Positions 29,263-38,481 of a stretch of 64,000 nt of DNA are shown here, one piece after another. The translations under genes were made by a program, and so were the position numbers. The notes under the pieces are model-generated. The model made no database searches. It saw only the letters and a list, made by a program, of their open reading frames with translations, and had not been told where the DNA came from. The DNA comes from Acidimicrobiales bacterium (lineage in GTDB: Bacteria; Actinomycetota; Acidimicrobiia; Acidimicrobiales; Iamiaceae). Numbering within the stretch: position 1 is the first letter of the stretch; every line of letters begins with the position of its first letter. The stretch lies in NCBI GenBank assembly GCA_038233335.1, contig JBBSME010000001.1:3278-67277 (forward strand), in the 5' to 3' direction.

Positions 29263-30603
29263 TCAGCTCGGATCGGCGAGGAGGGCCTGGGCCACCCGCT
29301 CCAGGGCTGCGACCCGGCTGCCCTTGACCAGCACGGCGTCGCCGCCGCCCAGCGAGGCCAGCCGCTCCACCGCGGCCTCCACGTCGGCCAACGCGTGGTC
29401 CTGGTCGAGCCCGTAGGCCGGGGCGGCCACGCTCAGGACCTCGATGCCCAGGGCCGCGGCCTCGGCCGCCACCTCTCGGTGCAGCCGGTCGCCGTCGGCG
29501 CCCAGCTCGGCCATCGTCGCGAGGACGGCCACCTTGCGCCCACCGGCTGGCAGGGCAGCCAGCGCCTCGAGGGCGGCACGGGTCGAGGTGGGGTTGGCGT
29601 TGTAGGCGTCGTTGACGACCGTGGCGCCGGAGGGTGATCGGGTGATCTCCATGCGGAGGCCCGAGACGGAGGCCGAGGCCAGGCTCTCGACTACGTCGTC
29701 GAGGTCGACCCCCAGGGCCAGGGCGCAGGCGGCCGCGGCCAGGGCGTTGGCCGCCTGGTGGGCGCCGTGGACGCCGAGGGCCACATCGGCATCGCCCCAG
29801 GGGGTGTGCAGACGGAGGCGGGGCCGGAGCAGGTCGTCCAGGACCAGGCCGGTGGCCCGGATGTCGGCCTTCCCACCGGGGGCCACGCCGTAGGTGAGGA
29901 CCTGGGCCGAGGTGCGCGGGGCCATGGCCGCCACCCGGGGATCGTCGGCGTTGAGGATGGCCACGCCGTCGGCCGGGAGTGCTTCGACCAGCTCACCCTT
30001 GGAGCGGGCCACGTCCTCGACCGTGCCGAACATCTCCAGGTGGGCGGGGGCCACCGCGGTGACGATGGCGGCGGTGGGTCGGGCCACGTCGCAGAGCAGG
30101 GCCACGTGCCCGGGTCCTCGGGCACCCATCTCGATCACGGCCGCCTCGGTGCTGTCGGCTGCGCCGGCGAGGGTGAGCGGGACGCCGATCTCGTTGTTGA
30201 ACGAGGCGGCCGACGCCGCCGTGTCCCACCGGGAGGCCAGCACCGTGGCCAGGAGGTCCTTGGTCGAGGTCTTGCCCACCGACCCGGTGATGCCCACCAC
30301 CCGGTCGGGGAGGCGGGACCGGGCCAGGCGACCCGCATCGAGGAGGGCGAGGGCGGTGTCATCCACCTGCACCACCGGGGCGTCGAGGGCGGGCAGGGGA
30401 CGGGAGGCCAGCACCGCGGCGGCACCGGCCTCGACCGCGGCAGGGACGAAGTCGTGCCCGTCGCGCTCGGCCACCAGGGCCACGAAGCCGGTCCCCGGGG
30501 TGAGGAGCCGAGTGTCGATGCCGAGGCCGTCGACCGTGGCCGCGCCATCGCCCGTGCTGGACCCACCGGTGGCGGTGGCCAGGTCCTGCACGGTGAGCCG
30601 CAT
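29263..30603 (-). CDS. murF: UDP-MurNAc-tripeptide--D-Ala-D-Ala ligase
   Basis: DGHDF, GITGSVGKT, NNEIGVP, EMGA, DAYNANP and VKGSR motifs. Confidence 0.95.
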   Translation of the reverse strand: MRLTVQDLATATGGSSTGDGAATVDGLGIDTRLLTPGTGFVALVAERDGHDFVPAAVEAGAAAVLASRPLPALDAPVVQVDDTALALLDAGRLARSRLPDRVVGITGSVGKTSTKDLLATVLASRWDTAASAASFNNEIGVPLTLAGAADSTEAAVIEMGARGPGHVALLCDVARPTAAIVTAVAPAHLEMFGTVEDVARSKGELVEALPADGVAILNADDPRVAAMAPRTSAQVLTYGVAPGGKADIRATGLVLDDLLRPRLRLHTPWGDADVALGVHGAHQAANALAAAACALALGVDLDDVVESLASASVSGLRMEITRSPSGATVVNDAYNANPTSTRAALEALAALPAGGRKVAVLATMAELGADGDRLHREVAAEAAALGIEVLSVAAPAYGLDQDHALADVEAAVERLASLGGGDAVLVKGSRVAALERVAQALLADPS

Positions 30604-30700
30604 CGGCCGGACCCTAGAAGGTCAGGTCGACCCCGCCGGTGACGCCGCCGGCCCAGACCGCACCGCTGGACGAGGACCACCGGCAGTAGGGTCGGCGGCC

Positions 30701-31792
30701 ATGTCGCACGAGCCGCGGACCCGTCTGGTGGTGCTCTTCGGCGGCGTGTCGGCCGAGCGGGACGTGTCCTGCGTGTCGGCCGCCCACGTCCTGGCCGCCA
30801 TCGACCGGGACCGCTTCGACGTCGTCCCCGTCGGCATCGACCCCGACGGCCGCTGGCTGCTCGCCGATGAGGCCAAGGCCCTCCTCGACAGCGGCCGGGT
30901 CAGTGAGATCGGGGGCACCGTGAAGGTGGCCGGCACCGAGCTGGAGCCCCTCCCGGCCGTGGCGCCGGCCCAGCCCGGCCAACAGGTCGTCGTGCTCCCC
31001 CTGATCCACGGCCCGTTGGGCGAGGACGGCACCGTGCAGGGGATGCTGGAGCTGGCCGGGGTGCCCTACGTCGGCTCGGGCGTGCTCGGCTCCGCAGCCT
31101 GCATGGACAAGGTCGCGGCCAAGGCCCGGGCCGCGGCGGCTGGCCTCCCCCAGGTGCGACACCTGGCCGCCCGCGACGTCCACGTCGACGCCGACTTCTT
31201 CCGGGCCGCGGTCGCCACCCTCGGCCTCCCCCTGTTCGTGAAGCCGGCCAACATGGGCTCCTCGGTCGGCGTGACCCGGGTCGACGACCCCGACCAGCTC
31301 CCGGCTGCGGTGGCCGACGCCCTCCGCTTCGACGAGTGGGTGGTCGTGGAGGCCGGGGTGGTCGCTCGCGAGATCGAGGTGGGCGTCCTGGGCAACACCG
31401 AGCTCCGGGTGTCGGTCCCCGGCGAGATCGTCCCGACCCACGACTTCTACGACTACGAGGACAAGTACGTCGACGGCGCGGCCCGGATGGTGACCCCCGC
31501 TGAGCTGCCCGAGGGCGTGGCCGAGGCGGCCCAGGCCCTGGCCGTCGACGCCTTCCGGGCCCTGCGCTGCGACGGCTACGCCCGGGTCGACCTGTTCTAC
31601 GAGGAGGGCGGACGGGGCCTCCTGCTCAACGAGGTCAACACCATCCCCGGCTTCACCCCGCACTCCATGTTCCCCTCGCTGTGGGCGGCCTCGGGTCTGG
31701 AGTACCGCGACCTCATCACCGAGATGGTCCGACTCGGGGTCGAGCGCCAGGCCCACCGGGCCGGCTTCGGGCGGCCGCAGCCCTATGCCTGA
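30701..31792 (+). CDS. ddl: D-alanine--D-alanine ligase
   Basis: FGGxSxE, HGPLGEDG, KPANMGSS, YDYEDKY and EVNTIPG motifs. Confidence 0.96.
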   Translation: MSHEPRTRLVVLFGGVSAERDVSCVSAAHVLAAIDRDRFDVVPVGIDPDGRWLLADEAKALLDSGRVSEIGGTVKVAGTELEPLPAVAPAQPGQQVVVLPLIHGPLGEDGTVQGMLELAGVPYVGSGVLGSAACMDKVAAKARAAAAGLPQVRHLAARDVHVDADFFRAAVATLGLPLFVKPANMGSSVGVTRVDDPDQLPAAVADALRFDEWVVVEAGVVAREIEVGVLGNTELRVSVPGEIVPTHDFYDYEDKYVDGAARMVTPAELPEGVAEAAQALAVDAFRALRCDGYARVDLFYEEGGRGLLLNEVNTIPGFTPHSMFPSLWAASGLEYRDLITEMVRLGVERQAHRAGFGRPQPYA

Positions 31793-32213
31793 GGTTCGCT
31801 GCTGGATCAACACGGTCAGCCTGGACCACGTGGAGGCCGGGGTGGACGACGGCTTCACCCAGGCCGACCACGGCAAGCGGACCCGCCTGCGCCGCCTCTC
31901 CCGGAGCGATCGCATCGCGTTCTACTCCCCGTGGACGGCCATGCGGTCAGGCCGACCGCTGCAGCAGCTCACCGCGCTCGGCACCATCGCCGCCGACAAG
32001 CCCCAGCTGGTCGAGCTCGACGGAGGCCGCGACGTCTGGCGGCTGGCCGTCGACTTCGACGACTCGATCACCCCGGTGGACATCCACCCCCTGCTCCCCC
32101 GCCTCTCCTTCATCAAAGATGTCGACCACTGGGGCCTGCCCTTCCGCCAGGGTCTGTTCCAGGTACCGGCGGCGGACATGGACCGCATCGCGAAGGCCCT
32201 GCGGTCGTCCTAG
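31785..32213 (+). CDS. EVE domain protein
   Basis: VSLDHV..G...GF.Q..HGK, FYSP and WG..FR.GLF motifs. Confidence 0.88.
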   Translation: MPEVRCWINTVSLDHVEAGVDDGFTQADHGKRTRLRRLSRSDRIAFYSPWTAMRSGRPLQQLTALGTIAADKPQLVELDGGRDVWRLAVDFDDSITPVDIHPLLPRLSFIKDVDHWGLPFRQGLFQVPAADMDRIAKALRSS

Positions 32214-32243
32214 GCTCACCCCGCCAACGACGAGGGAGCTGCC

Positions 32244-32966
32244 ATGTCTGGGGACGCTGGGATCGAGAGCGAGGGCATCAACCACCTGGCCCTGGTGTGT
32301 CGGGACATGGCCCGCACCGTCGCCTTCTACGAGGGCGTCCTGGGCATGCCCCTGGTGAAGACGGTCGAGCTGCCCGTCGGCCTGGGCCAGCACTTCTTCT
32401 TCGACTGCGGCGGGGGCGACATGCTGGCCTTCTTCTGGTTCCCCGAGGCCGCCGACCCGGTCGCCGGCATCACCGGCCCCCGGGCTCGGCCCGACACGGG
32501 CGAGATGGTCAGCGCGGTGGGGTCCATGAACCACGTGGCCTTCAAGGTGTCGCCCGAGCGTCTGGAGGAGTCCCGGGACCGGTTGGTGGCGGCCGGCGTG
32601 GAGTGCAGCGAGGTGCTCAACCACGACGACAGCGAGTGGGGCGTCTCCCCCGTCGAGCACCCGGGGGTGTTCGTGCGGTCGGTCTACTTCTCCGACCCTG
32701 ACGGCATCCTGCTGGAGCTGGCTGCGTGGACCCGCACCTTCGGTCCCGACGACGTGGCCCACACCCCGGCCACCGCCGCCGATGCCACTCCCGGGCGCGA
32801 CGCCGAGCCGGCGGCTGGAGGTCGAGCCGCCAGGCGAGATCGGGGCCCGAGCGACCCGCCGCCGACGAAGGAGGCGGCAAGAGCGGACCAGCACGGTTCG
32901 CTTGCCTCCGAGGCGCCAGCCGAGGAGATTCCCGAAGCAATGACAGCCACTCCACCAGGGTCCTGA
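32244..32966 (+). CDS. VOC/glyoxalase family protein; C-terminus extended by a repeat element
   Basis: NHLALVC, MNHVAF and SVYFSDPDGILLE motifs. Confidence 0.9.
   Translation: MSGDAGIESEGINHLALVCRDMARTVAFYEGVLGMPLVKTVELPVGLGQHFFFDCGGGDMLAFFWFPEAADPVAGITGPRARPDTGEMVSAVGSMNHVAFKVSPERLEESRDRLVAAGVECSEVLNHDDSEWGVSPVEHPGVFVRSVYFSDPDGILLELAAWTRTFGPDDVAHTPATAADATPGRDAEPAAGGRAARRDRGPSDPPPTKEAARADQHGSLASEAPAEEIPEAMTATPPGS
32824..32928 (+). repeat. 105-bp MIRU-like repeat, copy 1 (inside the VOC gene 3' end)
   Basis: Highly similar to 33773-33878. Confidence 0.85.
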
Positions 32967-32971
32967 GCCCG

Positions 32972-33619
32972 GTGCCCCGCCTGGATCCCGTCCCCCGCTC
33001 GGGCGACAACCCGCCCATCGTCACCTTCATGTACGACCTGATCTTCGGCGAGGGTCGAGATCCGGTGGCCGACCCCGGCACCCACACCGAGACCAGCGGC
33101 GACTGGTGGACCACCTTCGCCGGCTCTCCCGCCGTGCTCCAGCACTGCGTCGACGGCTTTGCCCTCTACCAGTCCCCCGAGCGTCGGCTCGACCCCCACC
33201 TCCGAGAGCTGGGCCAGACCCGCGTCGGCTGGGCCCGGGGCAGCCAGTTCGTCTTCTCCCAGCACTGCAAGTCGTGCCGGGACGTGGGAGTTCCGGAGGA
33301 GAAGATCGCGGCCATCCCCCACTGGGGCGTGGCCGACTGCTTCGACGAGCTGGAGCGGGCGGTGCTGGCCTACACCGACGCCCTCGTCCTCGACGGCGGC
33401 CGGGTGGCCGACGGGGTGTTCGAGGTGCTGCGGCGCCACCTCGACGCCGAGCAGATCCTCGAGCTCACCTACATCACCGCCCTCTACGACATGCACGCGG
33501 TGATGAGCCGGGCCCTGCGCACCGAGCAGGACGACGTGCCCGAGCGCATCACCGAGACCGGCCCCAAGGACACCTCGGCCCTGGATGCCTTGCGCGACCA
33601 CGGTCGCGGCTCGGAGTAG
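32972..33619 (+). CDS. Carboxymuconolactone decarboxylase/AhpD-like protein
   Basis: LRELG..R, FVFSQH and ERAVLAYTD motifs; start inferred. Confidence 0.85.
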   Translation: MPRLDPVPRSGDNPPIVTFMYDLIFGEGRDPVADPGTHTETSGDWWTTFAGSPAVLQHCVDGFALYQSPERRLDPHLRELGQTRVGWARGSQFVFSQHCKSCRDVGVPEEKIAAIPHWGVADCFDELERAVLAYTDALVLDGGRVADGVFEVLRRHLDAEQILELTYITALYDMHAVMSRALRTEQDDVPERITETGPKDTSALDALRDHGRGSE

Positions 33620-33700
33620 CGCCTACCCGCTGACACAGGCGCAGGGTACGCTCGGTGTCGACGCTTCCCCCGTCTCGCTCGCAGACCCGAGGGATGCACC

Positions 33701-34141
33701 GTGATCCTGACCCAGAAGCAGAGAAGCTCGATCTATGAGGGGCTCGCCCCCGTGATCGGCGATCAAGAGGGTGAGCCGCCAGGCGAGCCCGGGACCCGAG
33801 CGGCCCGCCGCTGACGAAGGAGGCGGCAAGAGCGGACCAGCACAGCATCGTTGCCCTCCGAGGCGTCAGCCGAGGAGAACGCGCAGGACCTGACCCATCC
33901 GATCAGACATGAGGAGGCCGAGGCCGTGCTCTCCCAGTTCCCCAGCACCGCCGGTGAGGAGCCCGTCACCCGCGACGCGCTCCGGGCCGAGATGGCCGAG
34001 TTCCGGGCGGAGCTCCACATCGAGCTCGGGCGGATGCACGACCAGATGCGGCAGATGGCGATGTGGATGGTGGGCGCCACCATCGCCGGGCTCATCGGCG
34101 GAATGGGTGTGGCCGCCGGCATCGGCTCCGCCCTCGGCTAG
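33701..34141 (+). pseudogene. Small coiled-coil/C-terminal TM protein interrupted by a 140-bp insertion
   Basis: Removing 33771-33914 gives a continuous ORF (VILTQKQRSSIYEGLAPVIGDQEEAEAVLSQFP...); the insert has an in-frame TGA at 33812. Confidence 0.7.
33771..33910 (+). mobile_element. MIRU/MITE-like insertion (repeat copy 2) flanked by GAGG direct repeats
   Basis: GAGG at 33767-33770 and 33911-33914; core similar to 32824-32928. Confidence 0.7.
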
Positions 34142-34148
34142 CCCACGG

Positions 34149-34724
34149 TCAGCCCTCGAGGACGGCCAGCAGGTCGCTTCGGCGGCGGCGCAGCCAGGCC
34201 CGATCCGGCTCCACGCCCATCTCGGTGAGCAGCTGGGCCTCCACCGCGGTGGCGATCACCCGGGCCCCCGCTTCGACCAGGCGTCGTCGCGACCGCTCCC
34301 GGGCCGCCGGGTCGGCGCCGGGGCCGGCCAGCGCGGCGGCGGCACCGTCGAGGCGCGGCCCGATGGTCTCAGCCAGGGGCCCGGTGGCGGCCGATCCCAG
34401 GCGGCTGACCTCCCTGAGCAGCACCAGCAGGTCCGGGCGGCGAGCACCGAGGCGCAGCACCTCGTCGACCACGGCGCCGGTGGCGGAGCGGCCGGGGCGG
34501 CGGGCCGCGACAGCGCGGTCCAGGGCCTCCCCCAGCTCCCCCACCGCTTCCTCCACGACCCCGGTGACCAGGGCATCCTTGGAACCGAACCAGTAGAGGA
34601 TGGTCTGCTTGCGGACCCCGACGGCCTCGGCCACGTCGTCCAGCGATGTCGCCTCCACCCCCCGGCGGGCGAAGCCAGCCAGGGCGGCGGCGAGGATGCG
34701 CTCGCGGGTGTCGGACCGAGCCAC
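34149..34724 (-). CDS. TetR family regulator
   Basis: TRERIL...TSLDDVA..VGV....ILYWFGSKD helix-turn-helix. Confidence 0.92.
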   Translation of the reverse strand: MARSDTRERILAAALAGFARRGVEATSLDDVAEAVGVRKQTILYWFGSKDALVTGVVEEAVGELGEALDRAVAARRPGRSATGAVVDEVLRLGARRPDLLVLLREVSRLGSAATGPLAETIGPRLDGAAAALAGPGADPAARERSRRRLVEAGARVIATAVEAQLLTEMGVEPDRAWLRRRRSDLLAVLEG

Positions 34725-34734
34725 GGGACGTTTG

Positions 34735-34750
34735 TCTACCAGGTGGTAGA
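34735..34750. promoter_or_regulatory. Putative TetR operator TCTACCA-GG-TGGTAGA
   Basis: Perfect 7-2-7 palindrome in the 49-bp divergent intergenic region. Confidence 0.75.
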
Positions 34751-34773
34751 GAGATGCGCTACGGTCCCCGCCG

Positions 34774-37209
34774 ATGGCCGCTGATCACGCCGCGCCCCCC
34801 ACCTCGCCGGTGGCCGAGGCCCTCGACGGCCGCCGCCTGTTCGTCACCGGCACCACCGGGTTCCTGGGCACCGCCCTGGTCGAACGGCTGCTGCGGGGCG
34901 CCCCGGGCTGCGAGCTGGTCCTGCTCGTCCGGCCCGGCCGCAAGCGCACCGTCGAGCAGCGGGCCCAGCGGGAGATCTTCCGCAACGACTGCTTCGACCG
35001 CCTCCGCGACGAGCTGGGGGGCAAGGAGGCCTTCGACGAGCTGGTGGCCCGCCGGGTCAGCGTCGTGGCCGGCGACGTCGGCACCGACGGCCTCGGGCTC
35101 GACGGCGCCGGCCGGGAGGCTCTGGTCGCCTGCGACACCGTCATCCACTCGGCGGCCTCCGTGTCGTTCGACTCGCCCCTCGACCTGGCCGTCGAGGTCA
35201 ACCTCCTCGGGCCCAGCCGCATCGCCCTCACCCTCGCCGACCTGGGCGTCACCCCCCACCTGGTCGCGGTGTCCACCTGCTACGTGGCCGGCAACCGCCG
35301 CGGCGCGGCTCCCGAGATCCGGGTCGACGACAGCCCCTTCTGGATCGACATCGACCACCGGCGCGAGGTGGAGGCGGCCCGCCGGGTCCGGGCCGACGCC
35401 GAGGCCGCCAGCCGCAGCCCCGAGAACCTGGAGCGGTTCCGCGCTGAGGCGATCGACGAGCTCGGTGCCGCCGGCACCCCCCTGCTGGCCGAGAAGACCG
35501 AGTCCCGCCGCACCGCCTGGGTGAAGGAGCAGCTGGTCGACGCGGGCCGGGCCCGGGCCGCCTCGCTGGGCTGGCCCGACGCCTACGCCATGACCAAGGC
35601 GCTGGGCGAGAAGGCCCTGGGCGAGAACCGGGGCCAGGTCCCGGTGTCGATCGTCCGCCCCGCCATCATCGAGTCGGCCTGGTCCGAGCCGGTGCCGGGC
35701 TGGATCCGCGGCTTCCGCATGGCCGAGCCGGTCATCATCTCCTACGCCCGGGGCCTGCTGAGCCAGTTCCCCGGCGTGCCCGAGGGCACCGTCGACGTGA
35801 TCCCCGTCGACCTGGTGGTGGGTGCCATCTGTGCGGTCGCGGCCCGGGGGCCGGCCCACGAGGACGGCAGCCCGGACGTCACCCAGGTCGCCTCGGGCTC
35901 GTCCAACCCCCTCGAGTTCCAGCGCATGGTCGACCTGATCAGCGCCTGGTTCACCGAGCGCCCCCTCTACGACCGCGACGGGCAGCCCATCAGCGTCCCG
36001 GAGTTCAAGTTCCCGGGTCGGGGCCAGGTGGAGGGCGAGCTGCGGCGGGCCAAGCGCCTGCTCACCACGGCCGACAAGGTGCTCTCGGCCCTGCCCCTTC
36101 GGGGCAAGCAGGCCACCTGGGCCACCGACCTCGAGGAGCAGCGGGAGCTGGTCGACCGGGCCGAGGCCTACGTCACCCTCTACGGCGCCTACACGGAGTG
36201 CGAGGCCATCTACGGGGTCGACAACCTGCTGGCCCTCCACGCCGACCTGTCCTCCGACGACCAGCGTGACTTCGGCTGCGACCCCCGCATCGTCGACTGG
36301 GAGCACTACGTCCGCGAGATCCACCTGCCGTCGGTGGTCAAGCACGCCCGGGTCCGCACCGACGGCAAGAGCGGCGGCAGCGAGGCCCGCAGCACCCGTC
36401 TGCGCCGCCAGGTGCTCTCCGACACCCGGCAGATGGCGGCGTTCGACCTGGAGAACACCCTGATCGCGTCGAACGTGGTGACGTCGTTCGCGTGGCTGGC
36501 CAGCCGTCGCCTCGAACCGGCCGACCGACGGACGCTCACCGCCCGCCTGTTGGCCGAGGCCCCGTCCCTCCTCCGCCTCGACGCCCGCGACCGCAGCGAC
36601 TTCCTCCGGCACTTCTACCGCCGCTACGAGGGGGCCCCGGTCGACGAGCTGTTCGCCGACTCGGGCGAGATGCTCTCCGAGCTGATCCTGATCAAGTCCT
36701 TCCCGGCCGGACTGCGCCGGGTGCGCGAGCACCGCGCTCTCGGCCACCGCACCGTGCTCATCACCGGCGCCCTCGACTTCGTCGTCGAGCCCCTCCGGCC
36801 GCTGTTCGACGACATCGTCTGCACCCACATGACCGTCGCCCCCGACGGCACCTACACCGGCCAGATGACCGAGGTCCCCCCCACCGGCGAGAGCCGGGCC
36901 CAGGCCCTCTACGACTACGCCGACGCCCACGACATCGACGTGGACGAGGCCGTGGCCTACGCCGACTCCACCAGCGACCTTCCGCTCCTCGAGGCCGTCG
37001 GGTTCCCGGTCGCGGTGAACCCCGAGGCCCGCCTGGCGTCGCTGGCCCGCAAGCGCGGCTGGCTGGTGGAGACCTGGGACAAGGCGCCGGGCTACGCCCC
37101 ACCCCGCCTGCCGCTGTCCCGCCCCCCGGGCCCGCGCCGCGAGCGCCTCCGGGTCCCCGGCTACCAGCGCCCCAAGAAGCCCCACCGCCGTCGACGGGTC
37201 GGCCCGTGA
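34774..37209 (+). CDS. Fatty acyl-CoA reductase (male-sterility type) fused to HAD-IB hydrolase
   Basis: TGTTGFLG, YAMTK, IVRPAIIES and DVIPVD; then FDLENTL, LITGA and YADSTSDLPLL. Confidence 0.88.
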   Translation: MAADHAAPPTSPVAEALDGRRLFVTGTTGFLGTALVERLLRGAPGCELVLLVRPGRKRTVEQRAQREIFRNDCFDRLRDELGGKEAFDELVARRVSVVAGDVGTDGLGLDGAGREALVACDTVIHSAASVSFDSPLDLAVEVNLLGPSRIALTLADLGVTPHLVAVSTCYVAGNRRGAAPEIRVDDSPFWIDIDHRREVEAARRVRADAEAASRSPENLERFRAEAIDELGAAGTPLLAEKTESRRTAWVKEQLVDAGRARAASLGWPDAYAMTKALGEKALGENRGQVPVSIVRPAIIESAWSEPVPGWIRGFRMAEPVIISYARGLLSQFPGVPEGTVDVIPVDLVVGAICAVAARGPAHEDGSPDVTQVASGSSNPLEFQRMVDLISAWFTERPLYDRDGQPISVPEFKFPGRGQVEGELRRAKRLLTTADKVLSALPLRGKQATWATDLEEQRELVDRAEAYVTLYGAYTECEAIYGVDNLLALHADLSSDDQRDFGCDPRIVDWEHYVREIHLPSVVKHARVRTDGKSGGSEARSTRLRRQVLSDTRQMAAFDLENTLIASNVVTSFAWLASRRLEPADRRTLTARLLAEAPSLLRLDARDRSDFLRHFYRRYEGAPVDELFADSGEMLSELILIKSFPAGLRRVREHRALGHRTVLITGALDFVVEPLRPLFDDIVCTHMTVAPDGTYTGQMTEVPPTGESRAQALYDYADAHDIDVDEAVAYADSTSDLPLLEAVGFPVAVNPEARLASLARKRGWLVETWDKAPGYAPPRLPLSRPPGPRRERLRVPGYQRPKKPHRRRRVGP

Positions 37210-38423
37210 GTCGGGCGCTGGTGTTGGCGCGGAAGCCGGGGAAGCTGGCCGCCGCCGCGGTGGCCGGTCGGCTCCAGCCCGGCCGGGGAGCCGCGGTCGG
37301 GCCTCTGTCGCTGGGCGACGTCGACCCGCCCGAGCCGCCCACCGACCAGTGGGTCCGGCTCCGGCCCCGGCTGGCCGGGATCTGCGGCAGCGACCTGGCC
37401 ACCATCGACGGTCGAGCCAGCCGCTACTTCGAGCCCATCACCAGCTTCCCGTTCACGCCCGGACACGAGGTGGTAGGCGAGACCGACGACGGGGCCCGGG
37501 TCGTGCTGGTCCCCGTGCTCCACTGCGCCATCCGCGGCATAGACCCGCCCTGCCCGTCCTGCGCCGACGGGCGCACCCACCACTGCGAGCGCATCGCCTT
37601 CGGCCACCTCGACCCGGCCCTCCAGAGCGGGTTCTGCCGCCAGACCGGAGGGGGCTGGTCGACCGAGATGGTGGCCCACCCCGACCAGCTGGTCCCGGTT
37701 CCCGACGACGTGACCGACGAGGCCGCGGTCCTGGTCGAGCCCACCGCCTGCGCAGTGCACGCGGCCCGGACCGTCCGGGCTGGCGCCGCCGGCGAGACGG
37801 GCACGGTCGCCCTCATCGGGGCCGGCACCCTCGGGCTCACCACCCTCGCCGCCCTGTGCCACCTCGACGCCGAGGGCGGAGCCGACGGCGCCGCCGATCG
37901 GACGATCCTCGTCACGGCCAAGCACCCCGAGCAGCGCCGCCTGGCCGAGTCGCTGGGCGCCACCCGCGCCGTGAGCCCGGGCGAGCTGGCCCGGGCCGTG
38001 CGCTCGCTCACCGCCTCCCTGGTGGTGGCCTCCGACGACGCCGCCGCCTCGGCCGCCCAGGGCCAGCTGACCGGCGGCGTGCCCACGGTCGTCGACTGCG
38101 TGGGGTCCGAGACGTCGCTGGCCCAGGCCCTGAGGGTGGTCGGGCCCGGGGGCGACGTGCTCGTGGTCGGCATGCCCGGCACCACGACCCTCGACCTCAC
38201 CCCCCTCTGGCACCGGGAGACCTCGCTGCGGGGCTGCTACGCCTACACCCGCGACGACTTCGCCACCGCGTTCGACGTGGTGGCCGGAGCCGACCTGGCC
38301 CGCCTGCTCACGGCCACCTACCCCCTCGATCGCCACCGCGAGGCCATCGCCCACGCGGCCGCGGCCGGCCGCCGCGGCGCGGTGAAGGTCGCCTTCGACC
38401 TGCGCGACGAGAAGCGCCGATGA
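37206..38423 (+). CDS. Zinc-binding (MDR) dehydrogenase
   Basis: GICGSD, GHE, structural Zn Cys cluster and GAGTLG; GTGA overlap start. Confidence 0.9.
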   Translation: MSRALVLARKPGKLAAAAVAGRLQPGRGAAVGPLSLGDVDPPEPPTDQWVRLRPRLAGICGSDLATIDGRASRYFEPITSFPFTPGHEVVGETDDGARVVLVPVLHCAIRGIDPPCPSCADGRTHHCERIAFGHLDPALQSGFCRQTGGGWSTEMVAHPDQLVPVPDDVTDEAAVLVEPTACAVHAARTVRAGAAGETGTVALIGAGTLGLTTLAALCHLDAEGGADGAADRTILVTAKHPEQRRLAESLGATRAVSPGELARAVRSLTASLVVASDDAAASAAQGQLTGGVPTVVDCVGSETSLAQALRVVGPGGDVLVVGMPGTTTLDLTPLWHRETSLRGCYAYTRDDFATAFDVVAGADLARLLTATYPLDRHREAIAHAAAAGRRGAVKVAFDLRDEKRR

Positions 38424-38481
38424 CCACGCACCTCTCCCCCCACCCGACCTCTTCCCCCTCCCCCCACCCGGAGAGCTGCTG

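Noticed and set aside
33812-33814. Selenocysteine or readthrough at the in-frame TGA
   Set aside because: The TGA lies inside a repeat insertion; no Cys-homolog context or recognisable SECIS
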